A stretch of DNA of 64,000 nucleotides from an uncultured Chloroflexia bacterium (GTDB lineage: Bacteria; Chloroflexota; Limnocylindria; Limnocylindrales; CSP1-4). A program made the position numbers and the translations under genes. This document shows, piece by piece, positions 48,865 to 61,034 of this stretch. Within the stretch, counting starts at the first letter, position 1. The number at the start of each line of letters is the position of its first letter. Under the pieces are notes generated by a model. That model did not search any database. It worked only from the letters and a program-made list of their open reading frames with translations, and was not told the DNA's origin. The stretch spans positions 64,001 to 128,000 of the forward strand of contig CAVVYR010000006.1 of the NCBI GenBank assembly GCA_963752475.1, in the 5' to 3' direction.

Positions 48865-50399
48865 GTGACTGAATCTGGGCCAGACGGCGACACAGGCACG
48901 CCCTGGGGCGTGCCTGTAGACCGGGACATGGGGCTGCGCCGACACTCGGTTCGACAGTCCTCGATGACGGTCTCCGGGCAGGCGATTCTCGCGGGTGTCC
49001 AATTGCTGTCGACCCTCGTACTGGCTCGGCTACTCGTCCCAGGTGATTTCGGTCTCCTCGCAATGGTGGCGACACTGGTGGCGTTCGTGAGCCTCTTCGG
49101 AGACTTCGGGTTGACACAGGCCACGATTCAGGCACGAGACATCAGCACGCGGCAGGCGACCGGATTGTTCTGGTCTAGTGCGGTCATCGCAGTTGTGCTC
49201 GCGCTTGGTACGGCGGTGATGGCGCCGGTCATCGCTCAGCTGTACGGTGAGCCTGAGTTGGTCCCGGTCACTCTAGTCTTCGCCGTGGTCGTTCTCGTGA
49301 ACGGCCTAGGCAATATCCCTCGGGCGATCCTCTCGAGGCAGATGGCCTACCGGTGGGTCGTCACGGGCGAGGTCGTCGCCGGCATCATCGGGATGCTCGT
49401 TGCCTTCGGCATCGCGCTCGCGGGTGGTGGCTATTGGGCCTTGGTCGCAATTCCCGGTCGTGCGAGCTGCGATCGGGACTCCATTCCTGTGGATGAGGGT
49501 GCCTTGGCGGCCACGCCGGCCGCAGTCGGCGTTCCGGGATTCGGCCGCTGTTGCACTTCGGGGCGAAGGTGAGTGCCTCCAATGTCGTGAACTTCTTCAA
49601 CAGGAACGCCGACGACGTCCTTATCGGATGGAGATGGGGCCCCGATGTCCTAGGCCAGTACGCAGCAGCCTACCGCGTCCTGATGATGCCGCTCACGCAG
49701 ATCAGCGCTCCGGTTTCACGAGTGGCGATGCCGGCACTGGCAAGGCTCCAAGACGACGCCGAGCGATACAGGGCTGCCTACGTACGGCTTGTGCGGGTCT
49801 TGGCCTCGGTCACATCCCCGCTCATGGGCTTCGTTGCCGTCAGCTCGACTTGGGTGATTGCGATCTTGCTGGGCCCCGGCTGGGAAGAGGCCGCAGAGAT
49901 TCTGACTTGGCTGGCTGTGGCTGGCATCGCGCAGCCTCTCACCAACTCGACTGGCTGGCTGTTCATCAGCCAAGGAAGGCTTGGGGAGTACCTCCGAGGG
50001 ACCACTGTGGCTGCCGTCGTCGCGGTGACAAGCTTCGTTGTCGGCCTTCCGCTTGGGGCTGTCGGTGTCGCGGCTGCGTACGCCGTAAGCGGGATTGCGA
50101 TCCGATTGCCCCTGCTGCTGTGGTGGGTCGGTCGGCGCGGCCCCGTCTCGACTTCGGACCTAGTTGGGGTATCGGTCCTGCCGCTTGTCCTCACCCTGCT
50201 CGTGATGTCCGCAAGCATCGCGGTCCAACTGGCGGCGCCCAACATCGCCCCCATCGCGGGCGTGGCTCTGGCCGGTCTGCTGGCAGCTGTGGGCATCCTC
50301 CTCGTGCTCATCACCCCTGCCGGTAGAGCGCTGCGCGCGGACATCCGGGTGATTGTCGGGGATCTCAAGCGCCAGCGGGGACGGGTTCGTGAAGGCTGA
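48865..50399 (+). CDS. Polysaccharide flippase (WzxC-like), frameshifted near 49460-49550
   Basis: LARLLVPGDFGL, DFGLTQATIQ, GGGYWAL, NADDVLIG, LGQY, LLGPGW. Confidence 0.85.
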
Positions 50400-50605
50400 G
50401 GACCTGGCTCGAGACTGGGCTAGCAGGGGCGACGTTCGACGATCCAGCGCCACCGTCTCGGGAGGCTGGGACTCGGGATCAGTAGCGCAGATCCGATCCG
50501 GCCCCATTGCGATGCTGACTTGGCCGCCTTGAGGAGCGAACGTGGTGAGGGCTGCTGCCGTGCCCGGAGGCGATGCACCAGGATGTGGTGGACGTCCTGT
50601 CCTAG

Positions 50606-52138
50606 GAGCCTGCGTCGGTAATGGTCACCGGCCGAGTCTGGCACATGCCAAAATCCAGTCATGCGCACCAAGACCTTCCGCCCATACGACCAGGACACGC
50701 TCCTGCTTGATGCCGCCGTCGGTGCGTGACTGGGTCGATCCCGAGTCGTTGCCGGCCTTCATCAGCGACCTCGTCGACGACCTGGACCTGACCCCCTTCC
50801 TCGCGGCCCACGACGAGCCCCGGGGCATGCCGCCCGTATCACCCCGCGATGATGCTCAAGGTCCTGCTGTACGGCTATGCGGTCGGGGTGCGCAGCTCGC
50901 GCAAGCTCGAGGCCCGGCTGCGAGAGCGACGTCGGCTTCATGTACCTCGCGGGGCAATGCGCGGCCCGGCCACAAGGCCATCGGCGAGTTCCGCCGCCGT
51001 CACCTCGAGGCCTTCGAGGCGCTCTTCCTCGACATCCTCCACCTCTGCCAGGCCGCCGGCCTGGTGCGACTCGGGCGGGTCGCGCTCGACGGCACGAAGG
51101 TCAAGGCGAACGCGAGCAAGCACAAGGCCATGAGCTATGCCCGCATGGACGAGCGCGAGGCGGCGCTCGCGGCCGAGGTCAAGCGCATCCTCGAAGAAGC
51201 CGAGGCCATCGACGCGGCCGAGGATGCCGAGTACGGGGACGCCCGCGGTGACGAGCTGCCAGCGGCGCTGCGCACGCGCGAGGGCCGCTTGCGCGCCATC
51301 CGCGAGGCCCGGGCCGCCCTCGAGGAGGAAGCGAGGGAACGCAGTGGCGATCCCGAGGCGGTGCCCGAGCCGCGGGCCCAGCGCAACTTCACCGACCCCG
51401 AGTCACGCATCATGCCCAGCCGGCCCGATGGCTGGGTCCAGGGCTACAACGCGCAGGCGCCGTCGTCGACGACGGCGCCACCAGGTCATCGTGGCCACGA
51501 GCATCGACGACCGAGCACGACCGACACCGCGCTCGCTGCCCGACGCTCGCCGACCAGGTCGAGGCCAACACCGGCCGACGCCCCCGACGAGCTCCTCGCC
51601 GATGCCGGCTACCAGTCCGACGACAACCTCGAGCACCTCGCCGCAACGGGGCATCGACGCCTATGTGGCGGTCCGCCGCGACAAGCACTCCGCCGCCACC
51701 GACCAGCCGCACCGCGGGGTCGCATCCCCACCGCAACTCTCAGCCCGCGGCCGCATGGCCCGCAAGCTGACCACGAAGGCGGGCCGGACCGAGTACGCGA
51801 GGCGCAAGATCATCGGTGGAGCCGGTCTTCGGCCAGATCAAGGAGGCCACCGGCTTCCGCCGCTTCAGCCTGCGGGGCAGGGCCAAGGTCACCGGCGAGT
51901 GGCACCTCGTCTGTGCCGTCCACGACCTCGCCAAGCTGTTCCGCAGTGGCCGGGCCGGGCGGGTCATGCCCGGCTGGGACCGCCCCAAAGGTCAGGCTAG
52001 GGCCACGAAGGCCCTCGGATGGGCCTGATGGGGACCGATCATCGGCCTGCCCAGCGCCGGGATGGGTCCTGGGCTCACCGATCTGGCGCTCGCGGCCTCG
52101 TCAGACGCCTGCGCGCCGGCGATTACCGGCACAGGCTC
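50606..52138 (+). mobile_element. IS1182-family insertion sequence, complete ends, transposase frameshifted
   Basis: IRs GAGCCTGCGTCGGTAAT and (revcomp) GAGCCTGTGCCGGTAAT, flanked by duplicated CTAG; LLMPPS, LLYGY..G.RSSRKLE, LDGTKVKANAS, TDPESR, QGYNAQ, ADAGY, EPVFGQIK. Confidence 0.92.
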
Positions 52139-52327
52139 CTAGGTGACGGCAGCGGCTTGGCTGCAACGAAACCAGGTTCAGTTGAGTGCGGGCCCCGATG
52201 CTCTGGCACAGTGGCTTCGCACGCGCCTTGACGCCGTGAACGCCACGCTCAAGGATTGCTACTGAACGGTTCTTGGTGGCGATGGCGACCGGTGGGTGAC
52301 GACTAGGAGCACCAGAGCGATGTTGGG

Positions 52328-53065
52328 ATGAAGAACGCTGAGGCATGGCGACCCACGAAGTACGTCCTGCGTGCCGGACGTCTTCGCGCGACACGCGACC
52401 AGAGTTACCTAGCGCCTACGTCGCGGCTCGCTGCCGACCTATCCGCACAAGCATACGGAGAGGCTCTGCCTGCCCATGCCCATGGCCGCCTGCTGGATTT
52501 CGGTTGTGGACGGGTGCCGTTGTACGGAGCCTATCGGTCGTTCATTGACGTCAACATCTGCATGGACTGGATGGAGCCACCCGGAACGAGCCACGTGGAC
52601 GTGGTGTCGGACCTGTCTCGCGAGGTGCCGCTTCCGTCGTCATCGACAGACACGATCATCGTTTCCTCAGTTCTTGAGCACCTACCCGACCCCGCCCGTA
52701 CATGGAGCGAGTTCGAGCGGCTGCTGGCCCCAGGAGGCCGAGTCATAGGAAACGTTCCCTTCTATTACCAGCTGCATGAGGCACCGCATGACTACTTCCG
52801 ATTCACGGAGCACGCGCTTCGGCGGCACATCGAAGCAGCTGGCCTCGCCGTCGTGGAGCTTCGCCCGACAGGCGGTACACCGGAGATCCTCGCCGATCTC
52901 GTACCGAAGACGATGGAGACGTTTCGCTACATGCACCGGGCGGCACCGGCCACGCATCGTCTCATGGCGATGCTCGCGCAGTCTCGTCTTGGCGCCAGGG
53001 TGTCAGCCAGAACCGCCGCCCGGTTTCCCTTCGGCTACTTCTTCGTGGCCCAGAAGCCTACGTAG
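52328..53065 (+). CDS. Class I SAM-dependent methyltransferase
   Basis: LLDFGCG, VLEHL, LAPGG, VPF...HEAPHDYFRFT; intact ORF. Confidence 0.88.
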   Translation: MKNAEAWRPTKYVLRAGRLRATRDQSYLAPTSRLAADLSAQAYGEALPAHAHGRLLDFGCGRVPLYGAYRSFIDVNICMDWMEPPGTSHVDVVSDLSREVPLPSSSTDTIIVSSVLEHLPDPARTWSEFERLLAPGGRVIGNVPFYYQLHEAPHDYFRFTEHALRRHIEAAGLAVVELRPTGGTPEILADLVPKTMETFRYMHRAAPATHRLMAMLAQSRLGARVSARTAARFPFGYFFVAQKPT

Positions 53066-53100
53066 TCGCCTCCGTTCGCTTCGCGACCCCACCGCTCTCG

Positions 53101-53491
53101 ACTAGACCGTACGTACCATTGCCAGAACGCACCACTTCCTCCGTAGGGTGACCCGGACATGATTCGGCGCCATGTATCGACCCTGCGTGCGTTGCTCATG
53201 CTCACCGACGGCCTGCTTGCAGCAGTCGTCCTGGTGGGCCTGTCTTGGCTGCGCTTCGGCGAGGACTGGACCGTGTGGTGGCGCGAAATCATCCCCAACG
53301 CCGAGGCCCCGCTGCTCTTCTACGCCGTCGGCTGGGTCGTGGCCTTGGCACTCAACGGCATGTACCGAACGCGGGCGCGCTGGTCAATCTGCACTGAGGC
53401 TTGGGATCTGCTGCGCGCGACCGTGCCCATGGCCGTGGCCAAGTTCGCCAGGTCGCGTCCCGAGATCGCTGAAGGAGTGAGAACGACATAA
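53101..53491 (+). pseudogene. Partial duplicate of the priming transferase promoter and 5' coding region
   Basis: 53101-53448 closely matches 44114-44463 (same upstream 58 bp and MIRRH...WWREIIPNAEA...MAVA), then diverges and stops. Confidence 0.88.
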
Positions 53492-53598
53492 GCTCCGAAC
53501 CGGACCTGCAAGTTCGCAAGGGAGGACTACGCCGTGGAACGAACGATGAATATGGGTCTGCAACTGCGCGACTACGCCTTCTCGTGGAGCAGTTCACC

Positions 53599-54681
53599 AT
53601 GAAGCTCGAGAGTCATCTCCTGTACCGGGCGGCGCGCAAGCCGTTTCGCCTCATGGTGCGGGGCGCAGACATGCTGCAGCGGCGCTCGAGCCTGGCTGCA
53701 GGAAGATCCCAGCCGGCGGGCCGCGCATCTTCTACATGCTCACCCCGCCGCCCGTGCTGCGCAACATCGGCGATCACGCTCAGGCCGTCGCCATCCACCA
53801 GTGTTCGGGCAGAAGTTTCCCGGCGTGCCAGTGGTCGAGCTCACCAAGGACGACGTGCGCGATCATCTGGGTGTCGTAGTTGAGCGGATCGCGTCCGGGG
53901 ACGTCATCGTGCTCCACAGCGGCGGAAACCTCGGCGACCGGGGGATCTGGTCGGAGAGCCTGCGCCGGCAGATCATCCAGACCTTCCCGGGCAACAGGAT
54001 CGTTAGCCTGCCCCAGACGATCTACTTCCACAACACGCCAACGGGCCGCGCCGAGCTCGAGGAGAGCCGCAGAAATCTACAACGCCCATCCCGACCTTGT
54101 CGTCTACGCCCGCGACGATCGCAGCTACGAGTTCGCCCGCGAGCTACTTCCCCAATGCGACGACCGGCGCGGCGCCGGATTTCGTGCTGCGTTACGACTG
54201 GAGCCCGAAGGGCCCCGCGGGCGGGAACGCTCGGACGCTCCTCTGCCTGCGCAACGACGATAAATCGGCGCTCACCGACGCCGACATCGCCGCCCTGCGT
54301 GAGACCGTCTCGGGCGGGAGCGACATCTTCGACTCCACGCTTCCCGAGCAGATCGCCCTCTCCCGGCGCAAGAGCCTCCTCGAGGAGACGCTCGAGATGT
54401 TCTTGGGCTACGACATGGTGGTGACCGACCGTTTCCACGGGCTGATCTTCGCGACCCTCACCCGCCGTCCCGTCGTCGCGCTGCCAACGGTCGACCACAA
54501 GCTCACCTCCGCCTTCAACTGGTTTGATGGGGTTCCATTCGCGCGGCTCGCCCCGACCCTCGACGAGGTGGGCGGCGCGCTTGAGGCGGTCCGGGCCGTA
54601 GAGCCGGGGGCGCTACCCGATTGGGACGGGCTTCACTTCGACGCCATTGCCGAGCAAGTCTTCAAAGCAGGGGTGCGCTAG
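53599..54681 (+). CDS. Polysaccharide pyruvyl transferase family protein, frameshifted
   Basis: NIGDHAQ, LHSGGNLGD, LPQTIYF, ARD..S, APDFVL, VVTDRFHG. Confidence 0.85.
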
Positions 54682-54682
54682 C

Positions 54683-55639
54683 GTGGCGGATACACCCGAC
54701 GTCGACAAGGTCATCGGGAACGGCTTCTGCATCGGCTGCGGCGCCTGTGCGGTTGTGAGCCCAGAGGTCTTCGAGATCGCCGTGGATGCGGAAGGCAAGA
54801 AACAGGCGGTGCGACGTGCGGGTGCTGGTTGGGGCGCCGACACGGACGCTGCCGATCTCGTTTGCCCCTTCGGCGACAAAGCGGAGGATGAGACGAGCAT
54901 CACAGTGCGGCTCTATCCCGACCTCCGGGAGGACATGGTCATCGGGCGCTATGCCTCAGTCCATGCGGGCCACGTGACGAGCGGCGGCTTCCGCGAGCGT
55001 GGCAGCTCGGGCGGCGGGGTGTCGTGGCTCGTGGCCGAGCTCTTCGCCCGGGACGAGATCGAGCTCGTCGTCCACGTCGGGCAGGCACGGAGGACGGCGA
55101 GCTCTTCCGCTGCAAGATCTCGACGAGCGCCGAGGAGGCGCTGGCGGAATCGAAGTCGAAGTACTACCCGATTTCCCTCGACCGGATCGCCGACGAGATC
55201 CGCCGCCAGCCCGGGCGCGGCCTCTTTATCGGCATCCCCTGCTTCGTCAAGACCATGCGCAACCACTGCGCGGCCGACTCGGCGCTCGACGCCCGCATCG
55301 CCTACTTCGCCGGCCTCGTCTGCGGGCACCTCAAGACGGCGCAGTTCGCGCAGAACTTCGCCTGGCAGCTCGGCAGGCCGCCCAAGGGCATCCGCGAAAT
55401 CGACTTCCGCCACATGCCGACCGGCCCCAGCGGCCCGGCGAGCAAGTATTTCGTCCGCGTGGTCGCCGAGGAGAACGGCGAGACCCGGGAGGCCATCGGC
55501 CAGAACAGCTCGTTATTCTGCTATCTCTGGGCCCCCGGCTTCTTCAAGTACAAGGCTTGCGACTACTGCGACGACGTCTTCGCCGAGACCGCCGACATCT
55601 GCTTCGGCGACGCTTGGATCGAGCCCTATGTCTCGGACC
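54683..55639 (+). pseudogene. Coenzyme F420 hydrogenase beta subunit (FrhB)-like Fe-S protein, 5' part
   Basis: CIGCGAC...CPF, GSSGG, SKYY, IGIPC, GLVCGH, ACDYCDDVFAETADICFGDAW; breaks after YVSD. Confidence 0.85.
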
Positions 55640-56311
55640 AGGCCGAGCTCGGCCATGAGGCGTCCGACCCGGTCACGACCGACCTCGCAGCCCTCGCGTC
55701 GCAGCTGGCGCCAGACCTTGCGCACACCGTAGACCGCGAAGTTGCCCTCGTGCACCCGCTCGATCTCGGGCTTCAGCTGCGGCGTCCCGACAGGTCCGGG
55801 CCGACGGTGGCCGGGTCTTGGCCGCGTAGTACGTGGAGGGGGCGATCGCCGTGGTCCGGCAGATCAGCTCGACCCCGAAGGGTGTCGCGGTGCGCGTCGA
55901 TGTAGCGGGTCATCGCTTCGAAAGGGCGGTCGAGCTCCGCCGTGAAGAGAGCCGATGCCGACTTGAGGATCGGCTCGCCCCGGCCCAGCAGGGGGTTCTC
56001 CCGTTCGAGCTCCTTGAGGTGCTCACGCTCTTCGGTCGTGGTGCCGGCGCGCCCGCCGCCGTCGACCTCGGCCTGGCGGACCCACTTGCGCAGCGACTCG
56101 GGGCTGATGCCGAGCTCATCGCGATGCGGGTCACGGTGCCGAAGCGCTCCTCGTCCCGGTCATACCAGTCGAGGACCATGCGGATGGCCCGTTGTTTCAG
56201 TTCGGGTGGGTACTGGCGCGGCTTTGGGCGCCCGGTGCTGCTGGTGTTCGTGTCTGCCAGCACTCCCGTTCCTCCAACTGCTGGAGTCTCCATCGAAGTC
56301 AGGGCGGTTCA
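55640..56311 (-). mobile_element. Truncated IS3-family element (IS6110-like): IRL, orfA and start of orfB
   Basis: Terminus TGAACCGCCCTGACTTCGATGGAGACTC at 56311; orfA RQYPPELKQRAIRMV; orfB YGVRKVWRQLRREG..VGRDRVGRLM; no IRR. Confidence 0.88.
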
Positions 56312-56862
56312 GGCTATTTCTCACGCAGAACCGCGACCGGGAACTTCTGCAATGGGGCCTTGTTGCTGCCTTGTTGACGGTTCCGTTCATCCTGATTGGC
56401 CTCCCGCACGGAGCGGTGGGCGTTGCGGCGGCCTACGCACTCTCTGGGGTGCTTCTGCGAACACCCCTCCTGATGGTCTGGGTCGGCAGAACCGGCCCCG
56501 TCGCCGCCCGCGACCTCGCGAGCGTCATGCTGACGCCCTTCGTCCCGGTGGTTTGGACCGTAGGAACGTGCCTCGGTGTTCGAGCTCTGCTACCCGAACT
56601 CGGTTCCCTCGCCGCCTTGGCGCTTTGCGCACTGCTCTCGATCGCAGGCTACGCGGTCTTCGTCGGCTGGATTCCGCAAGGCCGCCATGTGCGAAAGGAC
56701 GTCAAGGCCGTTGCCGCGGACCTGAGAAGCAAGGCAAACACGGGTAGCCGCCGACTCAGAGCGCACACAAGACCAGGGAGTCCGGTTGTATCGTGGCGGT
56801 CGGCGAACTGGGGATACGGGAGGTTGCCATCAACAGCGGATACCGCAGCGCACGCAGGCTGA
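56312..56862 (+). pseudogene. 3' fragment of a second flippase paralog
   Basis: LFLTQNR...IGLPHGAVGVAAAYA...WVGRTGPV aligns with the C terminus of the 48865-50399 flippase; begins at the IS3 end. Confidence 0.75.
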
Positions 56863-57759
56863 TCGGCAAGGCCGTCCCTGCGCGCGTGAAGGAACGGCTG
56901 AAGACAGCGGACCTCAGGCAGTTGAGCACAGAAGAGCTCCTAAGCCTGATGCGCCACGAGAGCCACCGCATCGAGAAAGCCGTGTACAACGACATACTCG
57001 CGTCCAAGAACGACGTATACCGCGCGAAGCGAGATCGACTCTCCTCAATCTATGTCGAACTCGATCGGCGAGGAATACCAGCTGACGAGGCCACCATCGT
57101 GTGGTCACGCCAGATCTACGACGCTTTCGACGACCTCGACGAAACGTTCATCCAACCGAACTCGACACCACTGCCGACTCCCGATCCCTCACGCGCCGAT
57201 GCGTTTGTCAATCTCGTCAGCGCCAGGCGCTCAGTTCGGGTGTGGGCCGATCAGCAACCCTCGGTCGATGAGCTCATGGTTGTCGCCGACGCCATGATGG
57301 ACGCGGCACGGTGGGCACCCACATCGGGCAATCGTCAGCCGTGGCGATTCTGCAGTGATCGTCGACGAAGCTGACAAGAAGGCACTCATAGGCCTCAAGG
57401 AATCACACTGCGTGACAGCGCCGATCCTGATTTTCGTGGGCATGGATATCCGCGTCTACGGCGCGCTCGGCGATGACGAACGGTCGATCTACGTGGATGC
57501 AGGCGCTGCAATCATGCAGATGGTCCTCCTCGGCCACGAGTGCGGATATGGCGTCACGTGGAACCACTTCGCGGATGATCTTGTCCAGTCTCGGCAGAAG
57601 AACGTTGACCTCTACGAGGCATTCTCTGAGCGGATGGGCATCCCGCCGTTCGTTGCTCCGATCGCCATTGTCGCCTTCGGAGTGGGCGCCTTTGCTCCTC
57701 CTGTACCCGCACGCATGGACGTCTCCAGGCTTCAGCTGCCCAAGCCCCAGGACCGGTAG
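56793..57759 (+). CDS. Nitroreductase-family protein, frameshifted near 57350
   Basis: HRIEK, ARRSVRVW, ARWAPTSGNRQPWRF, VDAGAAIMQMVL..HECGYG. Confidence 0.85.
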
Positions 57760-58003
57760 GAGGAGTTCGCCGAGCGCCAGACGGTGCCCGACCGACCGTC
57801 CGTGCCACGACGGATAGTGCTTCTGCCGATTCTGCTCAGTGGGGTCGATAGACCGTGACTGAGGCCACCGACGACCAGGCCCTCAGGCTCCCTCGGCGTC
57901 GTTGCCAAGCCAGACGTGGAGCGCCGTGTTCGCCAGTGCCGGCGCCAGCGTGACCGGATCGCGGGCCTGCCAAGTCTCGGCCTGCGCCGATTCGTCGCCC
58001 CGG

Positions 58004-58057
58004 TGTCGACGCCGGGTGAAAACTGAACACTCCCCGCCGGCTGAAACCCGGACACCC
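58004..58057 (+). mobile_element. Isolated IS21-like terminal repeat
   Basis: TGTCGACGCCGGGTGAAAACTGAACAC followed by the internal repeat CGCCGGCTGAAACCCGGACAC; no istA/istB. Confidence 0.65.
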
Positions 58058-58086
58058 CACCGGGCTTCACAAGGCACCCTCGGGCC

Positions 58087-58536
58087 GACCCGAAGGGCGA
58101 CAACATCTTCGTCATCCGCAACCCGAGGCTAGGCGAGATCCTCGCCGAGGCGTCGGGCGCGGGGGATCTCAAGATCGACGAGATTACGCCTGAGCAGGCG
58201 TTCCTCAGCCAGCGCGCAGGCGTGCTGCACCGGCGCGACGGCATGCGCACACGCGTGAAGCTGCGCCGGCGTCTCGGATATTGGACGCCCGAGAAGGGCT
58301 TTCTGGACAGCGCGCCCCTCGAGCCGAGCGGATTGGGTCGCGCGATGGTCTTCTGCTACCGCGAGTTCATGTCCTCGCAGAGCCGCAAGGCCTTCCGGCG
58401 CGCGCTCGACGCGGGCTCATACGAGGTCTTCCGCAAGCGTATGAAACGGGTTCTCTTCTTCTACGAGAAGGTCCTCCACTTCAGGTGGGCGAGCATCACC
58501 GGCCGCCTGCGACGGCTCTTGCCGAAACGGTCGTGA
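58087..58536 (+). pseudogene. 3' part of the split FrhB-like gene
   Basis: DPKGDNIFVIRNPRLGEIL...AFLSQRAG...RR continues in frame from ...AWIEPYVS at 55635. Confidence 0.7.
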
Positions 58537-59016
58537 CACGCCGCGCGCGGTCGGCGCGCAGTCTGGAGCACGGCCAAGTGGATGAGTGACATGCTGGCAA
58601 TCTCTGCAGACAATTGCGGGACTTCATCTAGCAGGAGAGCTCCATCGTCACAAGCCACCGCCCGTACTCGTGGGGCGTCAACTGGGGTTGGTGGCGTCCA
58701 TGGGAAGGAAGGTGTACGGGCGACCTGAGTACCATCCGACCACCGTCGGATAGTCCGGATGCGTCACGATGGCGTCCGTCATCATGAGCGCCTCGGCCTT
58801 CACGGCCTCGAGTTCGAGCTGGTAGTCGGCTCGCCAACCCCTGGCGACTACGGTGAGCGCGACTGACAGGACGATGATGCCGGTGGCGGCCAGCAGAGCT
58901 CGGGGTCGGTTCCATGGGATCGCAAGTCCGACCATCAGAGAGAAGGGCCGGCAGGGCCGCAATGACGTGGCGCGGCTCCGTCAGTGTGCACAGGGTCGTC
59001 GCGGCAACCGCCACGA

Positions 59017-60439
59017 GAGCTCTTGTCAAGACGTGTGGAAATCACCCCTTCCGTGTGGTCGTGACGTCGTGCTCGATCAGGCCGCCATCGGCACCTCCTC
59101 CGCGTCTGGCCGGGTGCTCGACGAGGACGCCGTCGCGGAACCTGGCTCCGGCGAGGAGCAGGGTCATGATCGTGGCTCCGCCGTTGAGCTTGCGCGAGTG
59201 GCCAGCGAGGCGTCGACGATCTTGAAGACGAGTAGAGCGCGTTCTCTCTCACGCGGGCCCGCTTCGCCACCGTCGTGCGAGGCGTACCCCGCGAAGATCG
59301 ACTCCACGACGTTGCAGGTCCGGAGGTGGATATGGTGCTCGGCGGGAAAGTCGTAGAAGGCCACCAGGTCATCCCAGTCCCGCAGCAGCGTCGCTGCGGC
59401 GTCGGCCTGGCCCGCGGCCATGGAACCAGGCCACGGTGGCGTCGCGCTGCCGCTCGGCCTCGGCCCTGGTCGGTGCGCCCCAGACGGCCTGCAGCCGGGC
59501 CTCGCCTCGGCATGGAGCCGCTTGGGGAGCCGGTCGATGACGTTGATCGCCTTGTGGTTCCAGCATCTCTGATGGGCGGTCCCGGGGAAGACCTCCCGGA
59601 GGCGGGCCCAGAAACCCAGCGCCCCGTCGCCCACCGCGAGCAGGGGTGCCACGAGGCCGCGCTCCCGGAGGCCCCGCAGCACGCCGGCCCAGGACTTGGT
59701 GGCTCGCGGTAGCCGAGCTCCATGGCGAGCAGCTCCTTGCGGCCGTCCTCTCGCGCGCCGATGACCACGAGCAGGCAGCTGTGCTCCTGGCTCCAGCCCG
59801 GCACCGAGGTAGATGCCGTCCGCCCAGATGTAGGCGTAGCGGGCGTGATGGGCCGGCGAGCGGAAGGTCTCGTACTCGGCCTGCCACTCGGCCTTGAGCC
59901 GGATGATCGTCGAGGGTGACAGGGTCGCCTCTCGCCCATGAGCTCGGAAGGCGGGCTCGAAGTCCCGCTCGAGAGGCCCTCGAGGTAGAGCCGGGCGAAC
60001 AGGCGCTGGGTCTCCGGAGAGGTAGCGGCGCTTGGGCAGGATGGCCGAGGCGAAGGGCTCGCTGCCGCTGGCAGGTCGCTGACCCGGGGCTGCGGACCGG
60101 CACCGACCAGGTGCCGATGCCGACCTCGCGCTCCCGGCCGTGGCCGTTGCGGTAGCCGGTGGCCCGGCCACCCGGCGCGTAGCGGGGTCGACCGAGGAAC
60201 GCGTCGACCTCCTGGGCGAGCATCCGCTCGAGCATCGCCCGGGCGCCCTCGCGGGCGATGCTCGAGCGTATCCGTAATCACCGCGCCTTCCTCGGGCGCA
60301 CTTGCTGAGCGTGATACCTTGCCATCGCGGCGTACCTCCTGTCCGTGAGTTCCAATCTCATCGGAAGGGTACGCCGTGCTCTTGCCCGGTCAGGCGGCTG
60401 GAGCGTCGGCGCCGTTTCCACACATCCCGACATTAGCTC
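59017..60439 (-). mobile_element. IS256-family insertion sequence, transposase frameshifted
   Basis: IRs GAGCTCTTGTCAAGACGTGTGGAAA / GAGCTAATGTCGGGATGTGTGGAAA; GYRNG, YIWADGIY, LAVGDGALGFW, HQRCWNHK, RTCNVVES; no clean target duplication. Confidence 0.9.
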
Positions 60440-61034
60440 CGGACGCGACGACATAGCCCAGTGGTAGGAGGACTTCACGCGGACCACGGATCGCCAGCGC
60501 GGCCCCGACGGCGCCGAGCACCACGCCGATGGGAGTCGTGACGTGCCTGAAGATCACCTGAGGCCAGCCCTGATCTCCGGCCTCACGGGCATAGCTGGCG
60601 TCGCCGACCGCTGACCCGACCCAACGTCGTAGTACAAGCTGGAGCCGTTGCGCATCGAGGAGGTAGGCCCAAGCGAGCCACACGAGCATGGCTAGGCCGG
60701 ACGGCAGCGCGAACAGGATCGCTCGTCGCCAGCCGTGCAGTGCCAGGGTGTAGACCGCCGCGACGGCAACATAGATCAGGGCGAACTCCTTCGTCAGCAC
60801 TGCGAACGCCGCGAGCACACCGGCTAGGGCGACGCGCCTACGAAGGAGCGCCCACATCGACAGGGCGACCAGGAAGGCAAACATCACCTCCATGTGTGCC
60901 GATGTCGATTCACGCAGGAACATCGGACTCCTGGCGAGCAGAAGGCCCGCGACGAGCACCACCCCAGCCACCGACCGTTACGACGAGGACACCGACGGTG
61001 CCGGCACCGAAGGCTACCGACAGCAGTCGGCTAG

